Of a DNA stretch of 64,000 bases, positions 1 to 12,696 are shown one piece after another. This DNA comes from Takakia lepidozioides (taxonomy: Eukaryota > Plantae > Bryophyta), in NCBI GenBank assembly GCA_030704615.1, contig CM060731.1, positions 89,094,001 to 89,158,000 of the forward strand, given 5' to 3'. The notes beneath the pieces were generated by a model, which made no database searches, had not been told where the DNA came from, and saw nothing but the letters and a program-made list of their open reading frames with translations. A program made the translations under genes and the position numbers. Each line of letters begins with the position of its first letter. The stretch's first letter is position 1.

Positions 1-961
1 GGCACTTTGCAAATTCATGGAGACCTCACAGGCATATTGAGAGGGTAGTACATATGCCGGCAGTGCTATTGGTGTAGGGGACAACAAAACTGATGAACAC
101 TTTGCAGTTGCCTCAACAATATGGGGGGATGGATTGAGTTCACCTTCAGACCAACCCTCCATGTCATCATCCCCCTCCATTTCTAAAAGCCCAAACAATG
201 AGCCTATTGTGTTTGACTTTGGTGGCGGTGAAGAAACTGCCTTGAATAGGTTGAGTGGTGAGCCCATAACATGAGAAATAGTCTCATTTGTTGTCTGTGG
301 CGCAAAGGTGGTGCATGGTGGACCTGTGGGCTGTGAATCTGGCACATTCATGCTGCGAGCGCAATGTTGAATGCAGCTGCTGCCTCCAGTTGGACTTGGA
401 CTGCTTCCAAAGCTGCCTTGGAGCTGGCTTCCATCTGCACTTATTTGTTTTCCATAGCATCGAGGCGAGCTACTAGTGAACCAATTCCCTGCCCCAACAC
501 ATATAACACCTCCAAAGTAACAATTCACTACACTGACTGATGAACTAGTACGAAAAGAGAACCAAACGACAACTAGCAATGGCATGGAAATCATGAATAT
601 GTAATTCACACCAGAATTGGTACTGAGTTTATATACCGTTGTGGCTGCACTGCTTGTACACCCCGACCCGTAGCCTTTGTCACTCCTGGCGCTACCGGCG
701 ATCTCCTGCAAACTTGGTGTACGTCCAGTCTCCTCCTGTGATTGCAACAAACTTGCAAGTGTAAATGACTAACATAGCACACTGCCAACAGTAAAGAATT
801 ATCTAGGATAGCGTCAATGACTCCCCCTCAATAAGAGTGCTTAGTTTCTTGCTGGCGCCCAACTCTGAGAAGGCCCCCAAGTAGAAGCAATGTGTACTAA
901 TTCCATCCATATAGGAATAGACTCTGAGCTCCAGCCCAAAAAACCCAACACATAAAGTTTG

Positions 962-2322
962 TCAATGCAAAACAATGTGGGAACTTCCTATGTTGTAAGA
1001 GAAGTATACCAGTCGTGCTATAACATCGTTGATTCCACTGCGACCCGATCGAGATGTATTCCTCACACATCCCCGCGCCTTGACACCATTTGCCTGGAAT
1101 TTCTTGAAATCAGTGGAACCCCAACTAACAACTTGTTGTGCCCATGTCTTGCCTGGCACATGAAGGGGTTTGGGCAGCCCCACACTATAGTAATTTTTGA
1201 ACAGCTTATTTCGTTGGTACTTGAGATGCCCGCAAATTGTTTTTGTAATAGCCTTTATGTTAAGACCAGGAGGTCCGTATTCCCAATCTGAAGCCAAGAT
1301 CTCCATGATCTTTTCAATTAAGTGTAATGGTTGATCCTGAGCATACAATGACCAGTCCAACAAACGTTGACACTGCCCTCGCAGAGCTGTCATCCACTGG
1401 TTCCGAGCAGGACCTTCAGGTTTCCAAGTTCATCACAAGAAATGAAAAATTTCCTCCTCCCTACAGCCACATTCTGAGCAGCCTGGTCTCTCAGATCTTT
1501 TGCAAGTGCCCTTCTTTCCCTCCTTAAAGCATTTTTGCATTCTACAGGAGTCACGCCTGATGTCCCCCCAGGAGTAAGGCTGGAATCCTGCAAGGTTTCA
1601 GCAGTACCTTGCATGTTACCACCTTCACTCTGTTGGGGCTAGACTGCTGTCTCCCACCCCACAGGATGATGTGGAGCAAATGCATCCTCGGTCTGTTTCA
1701 GAATGCCTTTCCCTTTCAGGGTATTAGGTGTATCTGGAGATGTTGGATAAAGAGGTGGCCGCGGTGCAGTGAAGCTCGAAGGTGTCGGCTGTTGTACTCC
1801 ATTGTAGTTGGATCCTGAAGGTTGGTGGCCACCATACTAGACATGCCCTTGGTGTGGTCTTGCAGGGCTGGTAGGATAGAGGGAGGAAGTAGGTTGGTTG
1901 TACATAGGCCGAGGAGGATACATACTATGGGGATGCATTCCATAATGGTGGTAAATGGAATATCCACCTTGACTAGGATCATGCATTGGAGCGCCTGCAG
2001 GTGGAGCAAAAGAATTGTAATTCTGGCACTGAGGATCATTGTTTGGAGGTTGATAGTGCCCATGCAGATTATACCCTGACATGGCAAGATACTGCGGGTA
2101 CATAAGCGGATACGAGGGAGGAGCCGATACTGGTGGATACAAGGGAGCTAGAACGTCAGTCTGTGGAGTGGGCGGGGCTGGTTTTTCGTAAGTTGGAACA
2201 ACCGCGCCACTCATCACAGCAGTTGGCGCAATAGTTGGTGCACACTTTGCTGGAGTAAGAGACTTATGCTCATTCGCATCCTTCCCTGCAATTCCCTTCC
2301 TTTTTTTGACTGAACTCTGCAC
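962..2322 (-). pseudogene. CACTA (En/Spm) TnpA-like gene fragment: Pro/Tyr-rich N-terminus plus Transposase_24-like region
   Basis: ORF 962-1393 (LRGQCQRLLD...WEYGPPGLN...ICGHLKYQRNKL...WAQQVVSWGS...ANGVKARG) aligns by eye with ORF 39989-40846 (LRGLALRYLD...YEYTPIPAN...CGKIMKGERAKL...WNKLVAYWES...AEGMKQARA). It is broken by stops and frameshifts. Confidence 0.6.
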
Positions 2323-2559
2323 ACATTGCTCAACATAAACATGAGAAACAATACCACCATACTACTAGGGATGGCAAACCTAGTGGGTAAGCCAAGCCCA
2401 AAGGCCTATGCAAGAAGACCCTGTCAGTCAGACCTGCCTATAATAGTGAGGAGTCTTCTAAAGAATGGAAGGGTACAGTGGAAATAACTGTCTACAATCC
2501 AAGACAACCCTGAAAAATTGGAGTACATCACAAAGGGGTACAACGTGCCCATTAGTTCT

Positions 2560-5040
2560 TCTGAGATTGTTGAAGCAATAGAACATCTAAAGGGCTATAA
2601 AGCTGGTGTGTCTGATACGATTGTCAAGCCTGGTGTGATCATATGGTAGATGCCCTTGCACTCCTCTTTGACCTTATTTGAAAGACTGAAATGATACCCT
2701 TTCGCTGGAGAGAGGGTGTCAGTGTCAATATGAGGTGACAGATGACAGCCTGGGAACTACCATAGCATTACACTTCTTACCATAGTTTGCAAGTTGTTCT
2801 GTAGGATAATAAGCACCCATCTTGAGGTTGATTTGGAGTCTGGAAGTGTTTTCCATGAAGGTGAGGCAGGCTTCCTGGGGGCTGTGTCAACCATGTCCCT
2901 GAGTTGGCCTATTCAAGGAAGGAAAAAAGAAGGAAACCTCTAAGGAAACCTCTGTCCTAGAACGACACCTTCCTTCTACAAAGGTTTCCTTCCTTGACAT
3001 CTTATGGTGCACGCGCTGACATGCTCTCTTTGAGCACCAAAAGCTGAATGGATTCTAAAGTTTTAGCATGATTGGAGTTGGCCAACCCACACGGTAGATG
3101 TGTACTCCAAGGCCTGATAAGGCCTGATCTCTTCATAAGTGCTGGTATGGCGGCATCACCCACCTGTAATCCAAATCTCTTGCTTTCCTAATTTTTAAGG
3201 GGTTGATAAACGAAAACATTGAAGAGCAGCGGGGAGAGGGTACAACCTTGAGCTACACCTTGGTCAATGTCAAAGAAATTAGACTTCTCGCTATTGACCA
3301 CAACACAAGCTTTGGTGTTCGCATGCAGGTTGTGAACCATCTTCCATATCTTTCCCCTGACCCCAGAAGTTGTAGAACAACTGACGTGGCTGCTCAGGGT
3401 GAGTTTGGAGTACCAGCCTTGAGCTCTCAACATGATGAGATCAAGGTCAGATGGTACAGTCAGCTGAATCGCATGCCTCATACCAGCGACCCTATGATAA
3501 ATACCTGAATATTAGGAAGGAAGAACTCACCCTGCTAGATGAATCTGACGTGGAGGCTGAAGTGTCTAAGGCCATGTCAAAAGCATGAAGAATGTCCGAA
3601 CAAAACAATGTTAGGCATAAACTTCCCTGAATTCGTTTCCAGTTTGTGACATGGGTGAGGACTTTGAGGATAATCTGGAAGGGCAGACCTACCCTTGGCA
3701 CTAGACTGAAAATTTAACCTCAGGATGGGGAGTCTACCTTTGAACAATAAACAGATGCAGAGAGGAAAGGGAGATTGTCAATGCTCACTGGTGTGGGTGG
3801 CCTGAAGACAATGTCCATTTTCTGATACAAGTCCAGGGTATTCTCATCAGAGAGCGACCCTCTTCAGGACCATCAAGAACATAGTCCCTGCACCTCTGTT
3901 CATCAACTTTCAATATCTCACGGCTGAGTCTAAAGCGGTGTCCCTGTTGGGGTCTCATTGCTTGGTAGCCCACATACAACAGATTGATGCTTGTGTGAAG
4001 GGCTTTCTAAAAGGAATCTGGAAAGCCTGAACTAATGTTTATACCACGGTAAGTCCTACTACTGGAGTGAGCCCCTCATGTCTATTCCCTCTTGTTCTGC
4101 TGGGCACGGGCAGGGTCTATGGCCACAAGGCTATGATAAGCAACTTCTCAGGAGTGCATTCTCTCTCTCTCTCTGTCTCTCTCTCTCTCTCTGAAAGTCT
4201 CGAGGACGAAGGACCTCTTTGTGGGTTGTGTTTACATGCCCACAGAGGGGACCCTTAGTGCTGATGCAGACAAAGCCTTCGAAGATGTAAAGCTGGACTG
4301 TGCTTCGTTCCTTGCCAAAGGTCAGGTGGTGCTATTGGGTGACTTCAATGCCCGGGTGGGCAAAGGGCTCCATCAGGACGATATCATTGGACCTTTTGGT
4401 GAGGACGAGCTGAATTCTAATGGCAGACGGTTAATTAACTGTCTAGAAGAGCTTCAGCTTTTGACCTTGAATAACAGGACAAGAGGTGACCAAGTGCAGT
4501 GGACTCGTGAGAAATCCCAAACTAGGGAACGTTCCATTGTGGATTATATCATAATGGACAAAAATTTGTTCCCCCAATGTGCCAATGTGTTGATCGATAG
4601 AACTGATATTGGTACCTCTGACTAGTTCCTGGTTTGGACTGAGATCAAAAGGTGTTTTCCCAACACCAAGAGATCTATGAAACATTCGATTCGGAAGTGG
4701 CGCATAGAAAAACTCCATAATGAGGAGGTCAAGGCTGAGTATGTCCAGGCCTTGCAAGAGGCTCTCCCTAATTTTGTCCAATCGCTCCAAGAACTTCAGT
4801 CTCGCTCTGATAACGCAAGAAATGAAGTCGAAAGAGCAGGGGACTCTTGGGAGAGTTTCGTTTCCTCCGTGGTTGACAAGATCATTGGGATGAAACTAAT
4901 TGTCTGTGGTAGAGCTGTTAATTGATGGACCAATGAGATTAAACTCAAGATAGCTGAGAGACAAGCCCTCTATAAAGAGTGCTGCAATTTGAAAACCAAC
5001 AGAGAATTGTGGGCGAGGTACTACCAGCTCCGTACTTTTC
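2560..5040. mobile_element. Scrambled, decayed LINE fragments (RT pieces in both orientations, APE endonuclease)
   Basis: On +, 2560-2960 resembles the RT N-part (EIVEAIEHLKGYKA...NYHSITLL). On -, 3188-3481 has QGVAQGCTLSPLLFNVF. On +, 4221-4625 has APE motifs GDFNARVG, NSNGRRL, SIVDYI and SD. Confidence 0.85.
4161..4192. repeat. (CT)n microsatellite
   Basis: ctctctctctctctgtctctctctctctctct, lying inside the LINE endonuclease region. Confidence 0.9.
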
Positions 5041-6273
5041 CAACACCACCCATAGTTCACACCTGGCACTTTGAACAGCTCCTCTTACACCCATGTGAGA
5101 GGAGGCAAGGTGTGATCTGGACCATTGTAAGAAAACCCACATGGTATTACAAATTTCACACTCGAATGACACCCATACGGTCAACGGGTGTTGACCAAGA
5201 TAATGCATATGGGGCATTTGACATGAGTGTGAAATGAGTCATGGAGTGTGAGGTTAGTGTGAGATGTCCTACAGGAATTTGGGGCAACTATATGGCGTGG
5301 CACATTGACCATCCAGGTGGAAGATAGATGGATGAAATGACTTCCACCTCTATTCAACATGCCTTGGACGACATAACACATAGACTTTTGTTTAGAGAAT
5401 TTAAAAGTTCAAAAAGGTTATTAGGGTTATGGGGTCTGCATGTAGAGGGCTGTGGGACTTGTAGTTTTTCTTTGCCAGCTCGTTTAGAATCTGAATGCCC
5501 ACCAGTGCAGGCCATCCATTTAAGTTGATGCCAAAATGCATTTTCATCCAAACATCAAAGCTCTCAAAATAGACAACCTCAAGTAAAATGAGAAGGAGAT
5601 CGGCAGAACCGAAAGGGCATAGAATTCTCTTCAATGTTGAACACTGCCTGCAACTATTGGCTATAACTTGCCCTCTGTCCTGTCACATATAATCCCTTTG
5701 GGAACCAGCAATCCAAAAAGATGCACTGCTCATGCAGCTGACGACAATATCGTTATGAGAATGTCACACTATAATCAACAATGTACAACAATTGCTTTGA
5801 AAAGCTATAGATAAAACTACCACATGTCGTCTCAGAGATTTGTGAGCGCCAAAAATGTCAATCCCATTTCTGTCCAGTCAACCGTGACCCCTCACAATGA
5901 GACAGTCTGAAGTTGAGCTGAGCACAAATTTCAATCTCTACTAGTCCAACCGTACTAGAGAAATATCCAGTGATCCTCAGACAAGGTTTTCTTCACCACC
6001 TTACAAAAATTGTTCCCAATGACTCCCTCCCTGTCCACATTGTTGCTTGATGTCGAGAAGCTTGGACAAAGTGCCTTGCTCTTTGTGACTGGCTCCCTTT
6101 GAGACAGCAGGGTTTTTTTTTACGGGTGTACTTCACTCACAACCGTCTTTTTTACACTGCGTCCGGGATATCAATGATCGCCCCAGCCTGAATTTTGCCC
6201 CACCCTATCAAGCGCCAGTGTTTTTTAGCTAGTGCTTTTCAACTCGTCTGTTGAGGGCCCCACTTTCTCCCCT

Positions 6274-8005
6274 CTACTGGTACATGTCAAAATCACTCCA
6301 AGAGCCATAGTGTTGGAAAACTGCCTTCGCATCCTTGATGCTCCCACATTTGGCATACATGTCCACGAGGGCACTGTCCAGAATCACAATCAGGTACAAT
6401 TCCAGCTTTGACAATGAAACCATGGACCTGATCTTCCCTTTTCCAGAGCTGGCAAGCTTGCCATTGATGCTCCCACATTTGGCGTACATGTCCACGAGGG
6501 CATTATTTAGAATCATCAAGTACAATTCCAGCTTTGACAATGAAACCATGGACCTCTTCCCTTTTCCAGAGCTGCCAGGCTTGCCCTTCATGCTGACACA
6601 TTTGGCATACATGTCCACGAGGGCATTGTCCAGAATCACATCAGGCATAATTCCAGCTTTGACAATGAAACCATGGACCTCTTCCCTTTTCCAGAGCTGG
6701 CAGGCTTGCCCTTGATGCTCCCACATTTGGCATACATGTCCACGATTGGCATACATGTCCACGAGGGCATTGTCCAGAATGACAATCAGGTACAATGCAA
6801 GCTTTCACAATGAAACCATGGACCTGATCTTCCATTTTCCAGAGCTGCCAGGCTTGCCCTTGATGCTCCCACATTTGGTATACATGTCCACGAGGGCATA
6901 GTTCAGAATCACATCAGGTACAAATCCAGCTTTGACAATGAAACCCTGGACCTCTTCCCTTTTTCCAAAGCTGCCAGGCTTGCCCTTCATGCTGACACAT
7001 TTGGCATACATGTCCACGAGGCATTGTCCAGAATCACATCAGGTATAATTCCAGCTTTGACAATGAAACCATGGACCTCTTCCTTTTCCAAAGTTGGCAG
7101 GCTTGCCCTTGATGCTCCCACATTTGGCATACATGTCCACGAGGGCATTGTCCAGAATAACAATCAGGTACAATTCTAGCTTTTACAATGAAACCATGGA
7201 CCTGATCGGAACCTTTTCCAGAGCTGGCAGGCTTGCCATTGATGCTCCCACGTTTGGCATACATGTCCACGAGGGCATTGTCCAGAATGACAATCAGGTA
7301 CAATGCAAGCTTTCACAATGAAACCATGGACCTGATCTTCCATTTTCCAGAGCTGCCAGGCTTGCCCTTGATGCTCCCACATTTGGTATACATGTCCACA
7401 AGGGCATAGTTCAGAATCACATCAGGTACAAATCCAGCTTTGACAATGAAACCCTGGACCTCTTCCCTTTTTCCAAAGCTGCCAGGCTTGCCCTTCATGC
7501 TGACACATTTGGCATCCATGTCCACGAGGCATTGTCCAGAATCACATTAGGTATAATTCCAGCTTTGACAATGAAACCATGGATCTCTTCCCTTTTCCAA
7601 AGCTGGCAGGCTTGCCCTTGATGCTCCCACATTTGGCATACATGTCCACGAGGGCATTGTCCAGAATGACAATCAGGTACAATTCCAGCTTTGACAATGA
7701 AACCATGGACCTGATCGGAACCTTTTCCAGAGCTGGCAGGCTTGCCATTGATGCTCCCACGTTTGGCATACATGTCCACAAGGGCATTGTCCAGAATCAC
7801 AATCAGGTACAATGCAAGCTTTGACAATGAAACCATAGACCTGATCTTCCCTTTTCCAGAGTTGGCAGGCTTGCCCTTGATGCTCCCACATTTGGCATAC
7901 ATGTCCACGATTGGCGTACTTGTCCACGAGGGCATTGTCCACAATCACAATCAGGTACAATTCCAGCTTTGACAATGAAACCATGGACCTGATGTTCTTC
8001 TTGCT
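6274..8005 (-). repeat. Tandem array (~13 units of ~125-130 bp) derived from a PLS-class PPR coding segment
   Basis: Each unit encodes ...[31 protein letters not shown]..., a typical L/S PPR motif junction. Units are out of frame with each other. Near-identical ORFs at 6805-7017 and 7313-7525 show a 508-bp higher-order period. Confidence 0.85.
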
Positions 8006-8046
8006 GGCCGCCACTGTGGTGAGAACCCTGTGTTGGTGGGACAGTA

Positions 8047-9528
8047 TTGTACCCCATGGGCTTCACCCTAGATGTTTGGGAGGAGTCAGCTTCCTATAGG
8101 CCTAGATGGCAGTCAGGGGAGGGCCGGCGTGTGCAGCTCCCTGTGACGTTCATAGGAGGGGTTGCGGTTGCCCAGCGAGGCAAGATGCCAACACTGGCAG
8201 CATGCACAGCTGCAGTGACTTGGCCTGGAGAGTTGTTGGATGACAACATTCATTCAGAGGATGTGTCATCCCCGGGAAAGCAGGATGACATGTATGGTAT
8301 GGCGGAGTTGCCTGTCATGGTTGCTCACACTCCATTGTGTGGCTCGAGCAAGGATTTGCAGCGGGTTGCTGATTGTCGTGTGCGACAAGCCTGGGTAGAG
8401 GCTTTTGTACCGTCAGGAGAGGAGGACAGTGCGGGGATTGCACCAGGACCACCTCAGTTGTCACCATTGGATACCACACCTATTGTGTGGCAGTGTCCGG
8501 ATGAAGGCATTTGCCTTTTGGACTTGTTTGGCGGGATCAGCACCGGATTGGCTGCTGTTCTACAGGCAGGTGTACGAGTACGGCGTTACTTGTATGTGGA
8601 GAGGGATGAGACTGCACGACGCGTCTCACTCCGTCATGTTGCTCAGTTGGTGCAGCAGTACCCTGAGTTGTTGCCGGTGTCTGCGGTTCGTGGATATCAG
8701 CAGGCCTTGCCAGCATACATCTCTTTGCTGGGGGCGCAGGATTTGGAACGGGTTGGCTTCATTGATTTGGTAATGGAAGGTTGGCCCTACCAAGGGCATT
8801 CATCAGCCGGGCATGGTAATGGATTGCGAGACTCGAGGTCGGGTCTGTTTTGGGAGATGGTGCGGGTTTTGCGCCACTTACAGCTTCATCAGGCTGTATC
8901 TCCAGCATACATCTTGGAGAATGTGCCACTGATGGGCGCTTCTCGGGCTAGGGTGATGGCCAGTGTACATCAAGTCCGGTCGTGGCTTGGGTCAGCAGTG
9001 TTGTTGGATGCAGTTGCAGTGGGGTCACGGGCTCATCGTCCACGGTTATGGTGGACTAACTTGAGGCCACCTGCACTGCTCAAGCGTGCATTTGATGGGG
9101 TGCAGCGGCCAGTACACCTCACAGTGGAAAGCATTTTGGACACAGGGAGGCAGTCTCAGTGTGTGAGACACGATGACCATTCGCCTTTGGTAGTGGTCAA
9201 CAAGATGGGTCAACCACGAGTAGCACTACCTACACTGCTCAGCTTCCCAGGATCGCATGCTTTCCGGGATAGTGGACCTGGCCTCTTGTGGGATGCTCAG
9301 TTGCAGCAATTAGTGGAGCCTAATGCCGACGAGCGAGAGCGGGCTATGGGTTTTTCCACTGGGACCACGGCGGTGCCTTCTCTTTCTGAGGCATCACGTC
9401 GTCAGGTGTTGGGGCAAGCAATGGATCTAAATTGCTTGACCTGGATTATCAGCTTGGCTATGGCTGAGCAACGTAGAGTGCGAAGTGCACTTCCCTTGAC
9501 GGTCTCTCTGCCTACCGAGACGGTATAG
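8047..9528 (+). CDS. pol segment: end of aspartic protease plus DNMT3/DRM-like C5-cytosine methyltransferase domain
   Basis: Motif I LLDLFGGISTG, II YLYVERD, IV GWPYQGHS (WPCQGH in copies B and C), VI YILENV, VIII RAHRPRLWWTNL, IX ERERAMGF, X RRQVLGQA, all in canonical order. Confidence 0.9.
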   Translation: MYPMGFTLDVWEESASYRPRWQSGEGRRVQLPVTFIGGVAVAQRGKMPTLAACTAAVTWPGELLDDNIHSEDVSSPGKQDDMYGMAELPVMVAHTPLCGSSKDLQRVADCRVRQAWVEAFVPSGEEDSAGIAPGPPQLSPLDTTPIVWQCPDEGICLLDLFGGISTGLAAVLQAGVRVRRYLYVERDETARRVSLRHVAQLVQQYPELLPVSAVRGYQQALPAYISLLGAQDLERVGFIDLVMEGWPYQGHSSAGHGNGLRDSRSGLFWEMVRVLRHLQLHQAVSPAYILENVPLMGASRARVMASVHQVRSWLGSAVLLDAVAVGSRAHRPRLWWTNLRPPALLKRAFDGVQRPVHLTVESILDTGRQSQCVRHDDHSPLVVVNKMGQPRVALPTLLSFPGSHAFRDSGPGLLWDAQLQQLVEPNADERERAMGFSTGTTAVPSLSEASRRQVLGQAMDLNCLTWIISLAMAEQRRVRSALPLTVSLPTETV

Positions 9529-9849
9529 GCAGTGAGTGGGGGCGAGCTAGTGAGGACCACGGGGTGTAGACATCCATGGCACACGTGGGAGGTGCTCGAG
9601 GTTCAGAGGGAGTTGACAGCCAAGGCGGTTGTGATGGATGAGGTTGGGGATTCTTCTCGGGTTGAGGAGGTCCTCAAGGATGAGATGATGGGGCAGGATG
9701 AGGCTTTCTCATTGACTGAGCAGGCAGGGAGTACTGCTCATGAGGTTGCGGCATAGCAACCACGGGACGCGTCTCCTACCTCTAAGTCTGCTGGACTTAA
9801 GGTTGCAGTTATGGAGGACAATTGGGAGTCTGACATTGGACCCATTGTC

Positions 9850-12419
9850 ACTGGAGGAGAGAGACGACGTATACGGCGGTTCCTGAGGGCTTACATGAAT
9901 TGCTTTGCCTTCAGTTTGAAGGATTTGGGAGCACTGAAGGGTTAGGAGATTCGTATTGAGTTGGCCATGGATACGCCAATCTTTTGGAGACCCTATAGAT
10001 ACAGTGACATGGAGAGGTCTTTGATTCAGATGAGGACTCAAGATCTCTGGGAGGCTGGTTTGGTGGAGCTCTCTGGTGAAGAGTATGCTTCAGCCACGGT
10101 GATGCCAACCAAGAAGGATGTCTATGGCAATTGGACGGAGAGACGTATGTGCGGTGATTACCGGCCTGTAAATCGTCAGACCAAGTCCGATAAGTATGCC
10201 ATGCCCACACCGGAGGAGATCTTTGATGCCATTGGGCATGCCAAGGTCTTTAGCACTTTGGACTTGCGGTCCGGATATCACCAGTTGCCGATCAAGGAGG
10301 CAGACAAGCAGAAGACGACATTCTGGGGGATCAATGAGCACGGGAAGGATTGCCTATATCAGTGGTGATTCTTACCATTCGGGCTTAAGAACGCTCCTGC
10401 AGAATTTCAGAGAGTCATGGACAAGATTCTAGCAGGGGTGGATTTTGCTCGGTGCTATATAGATGACATCATCATCTTTAGTGCTACGGTGGAGGAGCAC
10501 GAGAGACACCATCAAGTGGTGTTTGAGCGCTTGAGAGCGCACGGATTGAAATTACATCCGGGGAAGTGCAAGTTCTTCCACAACCAGATTGAGTATCTGG
10601 GCCACATGATATATCCTGGAGGATTGGGGGTGCAGCAGATTAAGGTAGAGGCCATTGCACAAATTCCATGTCCCACGGATGTGAGCCGAGTTCGAGTTTT
10701 CATGGGGTTGACAAACTACTATAGACGGTTTGTCAAGGGATTTAGTGCTATTGCAAAGGCTCTAACCAAGCTGACCAAGGTAGACCAGGAGTGGCAGTGG
10801 GAAGATGAGCAAGAGCGAGCTTTTCAGGAGCTCAAGGCGAGGTTGACCTCGGCGCCCATCTTGAGACGACCTATCAAGGGGCGTCCCTTTCAGCTGCATA
10901 CAAATTGGAGCATGCTGGGGCTTGGAGCGGTGCTCACACAGGTGGATGATTAGGGAAGAGAGTTCGTAGTGGCTTATGCTAGCCGCAAGAAACAATGTTG
11001 CAGAGTCTAAGTACAGTTCATATGAGGGGGAGTGCTTAGCTGCAGTATGGGCCGTGGCACACTTCAGGTGCTATCTATACGACAATCTCTTCACTCTTGT
11101 CACGGATCACCAGCCACTCAAGTGGTTGATGGAGTCAGACAATCTTACGGGGAAGCTTGCACGGTGGGCACATATTCTTCAGGAATATGACTTCCAGGTT
11201 GTGCATCGACCGGGTTTGGTCAATAGGGATGCGGATGGATTGAGTCGCAATCCATGCACAAGCCAGCAGGATGACACTAGAGCTCGGTGACATGGTGAGA
11301 CGGACGAGGAGATGGTGCCGAGATGACATGCATCTGCATTTTTGTGTATCTTAGCATCGGGAGGTCAGGTTGGACCTACAACAGGGATGACTGTAGACGG
11401 AGTGTCTGAGGACCCTGAGGCTAGTGATGAGTCAGGTGGTGCCAGAGATATACATGAGGATTCGGTTGTGTTGGACTACCACCGCACTGGAGACACGACA
11501 GCTAGTGTGACTGCCAAGGAGAGGGATCGGATCCTGCAACGAGCCAAGAGGTTCAAGTGGGAGGGGATACACCTACTTCGAGTGTGGGAGGATGGTCGGG
11601 TGAGGATCGTGCCTCACCCAACACAGCGTGCACGGTTAGTGCGGCATGCCCATGAGGAATTGGGGCATTTTGGAGTGCGACGCACTCATAGTTTACTGCA
11701 GGGGCAGTATTGGTGGCGTGGTATGCACACAGAGGTGCAACAGTTCGTGGCTAGGTGCATGGTGTGTGACAGGGTGTGTGCTTCATTCAACGCCCCTACA
11801 CCACAGTTGCATCCTTTACCTATCATGGGATTGGGCTACAGGTGGAGTCTTGACTTCGCAGGGCCGTTGCCATTGACGATGCGCCACCACAGATATGTGT
11901 TGGTGATGGTGGAGCACTTCTCCAAGTGGATTGAGTTGGTTCCATTGCCTGACAAGGCTAGTGAGGGGGCTGCGTATGCATTCTTGGATCATGTGCTTAG
12001 CCGATTCGGTGCTCCAGCTGAGGTACTCACGGACCAAGGGAGAGAGTTATTGGGGGAGTTTCAGGCTTTGTGTGATAAAGCCTTGATAGACCACTGTACC
12101 ACTTCTCGGGATCATCCTGAGGCCGATGGCTTGGCAGAGAGAGTGGTGCAGACGGTAAAGAGGGTTTTGCGTAAGTATGGCTTGCAAAAATGACATCTAG
12201 GAGATTGGGATCTTCAGGTACCTTGGCTAGCCATGGGCTATAGGTTTAGCAAGCAAGCATCACTTGCCTCCTTCTCACCATATTTCTTTTTCTTTGGCCG
12301 AGAGCCAGATTTGCCTACGTCTATTCGCAGGGAGGCTGCAGTAGTCCTCAACCTTGATGATCCGGATGTGTGGACACAAGCATGTGCCCAGCGGGTAGAG
12401 CTGTTCAAGAGAGTCATAT
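9850..12419 (+). pseudogene. gypsy RT - RNase H - integrase with in-frame stops and frameshifts
   Basis: RT: [31 protein letters not shown]. RNase H: YSSYEGECLA, TDHQPL, ADGLSR. Integrase: HEELGHFG..CMVC zinc finger, LDFAGP, LTDQGRE, GLAERVV. Confidence 0.92.
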
Positions 12420-12696
12420 TGTGATGGACTAGTGGCAGCCTAGTGATGGACTAGTGGCTACACTAGTGGTGGCTAGTGACAGCCTAGTGGTGGACTAGTG
12501 GCTGCACTAGTGGTGGCTAGTGGCAGCCTAGTGGTTGGACTAGTGGCTGCACTAGTGGTGGCTAGTGGTTGCACTAATGGCAGGACTAGTGATGCACTAG
12601 TGGTGGACTAGTGATAGACTAGTGTGTTGGTGTGCAGATGTGTTGTGTGGTTTTGGACAGCGATGTAGTTGTGTAGCGATATGTATGCGCACGACA
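12420..12696 (+). repeat. LTR of the DNMT-gypsy family (TG...CA), largely a CTAGTGG minisatellite
   Basis: Starts tgtgatggactagtgg and ends gcgcacgaca. A reverse-complement counterpart with matching ends lies at 14556-14746, next to a G-rich PPT-like tract. Confidence 0.75.

Larger units (their letters stand above)
8017..12696 (+). mobile_element. Ty3/gypsy LTR retrotransposon carrying a C5-DNA methyltransferase, copy A (5'-truncated)
   Basis: Domain order is protease tail, DNMT, RT, RNase H, integrase, LTR. It is closely similar to the copies at 14556-20650 (-) and 24308-34576 (+). Confidence 0.9.

Noticed and set aside
6274-8066. Functional PPR gene
   Set aside because: Units are mutually out of frame, and there is no long ORF or E/DYW domain.
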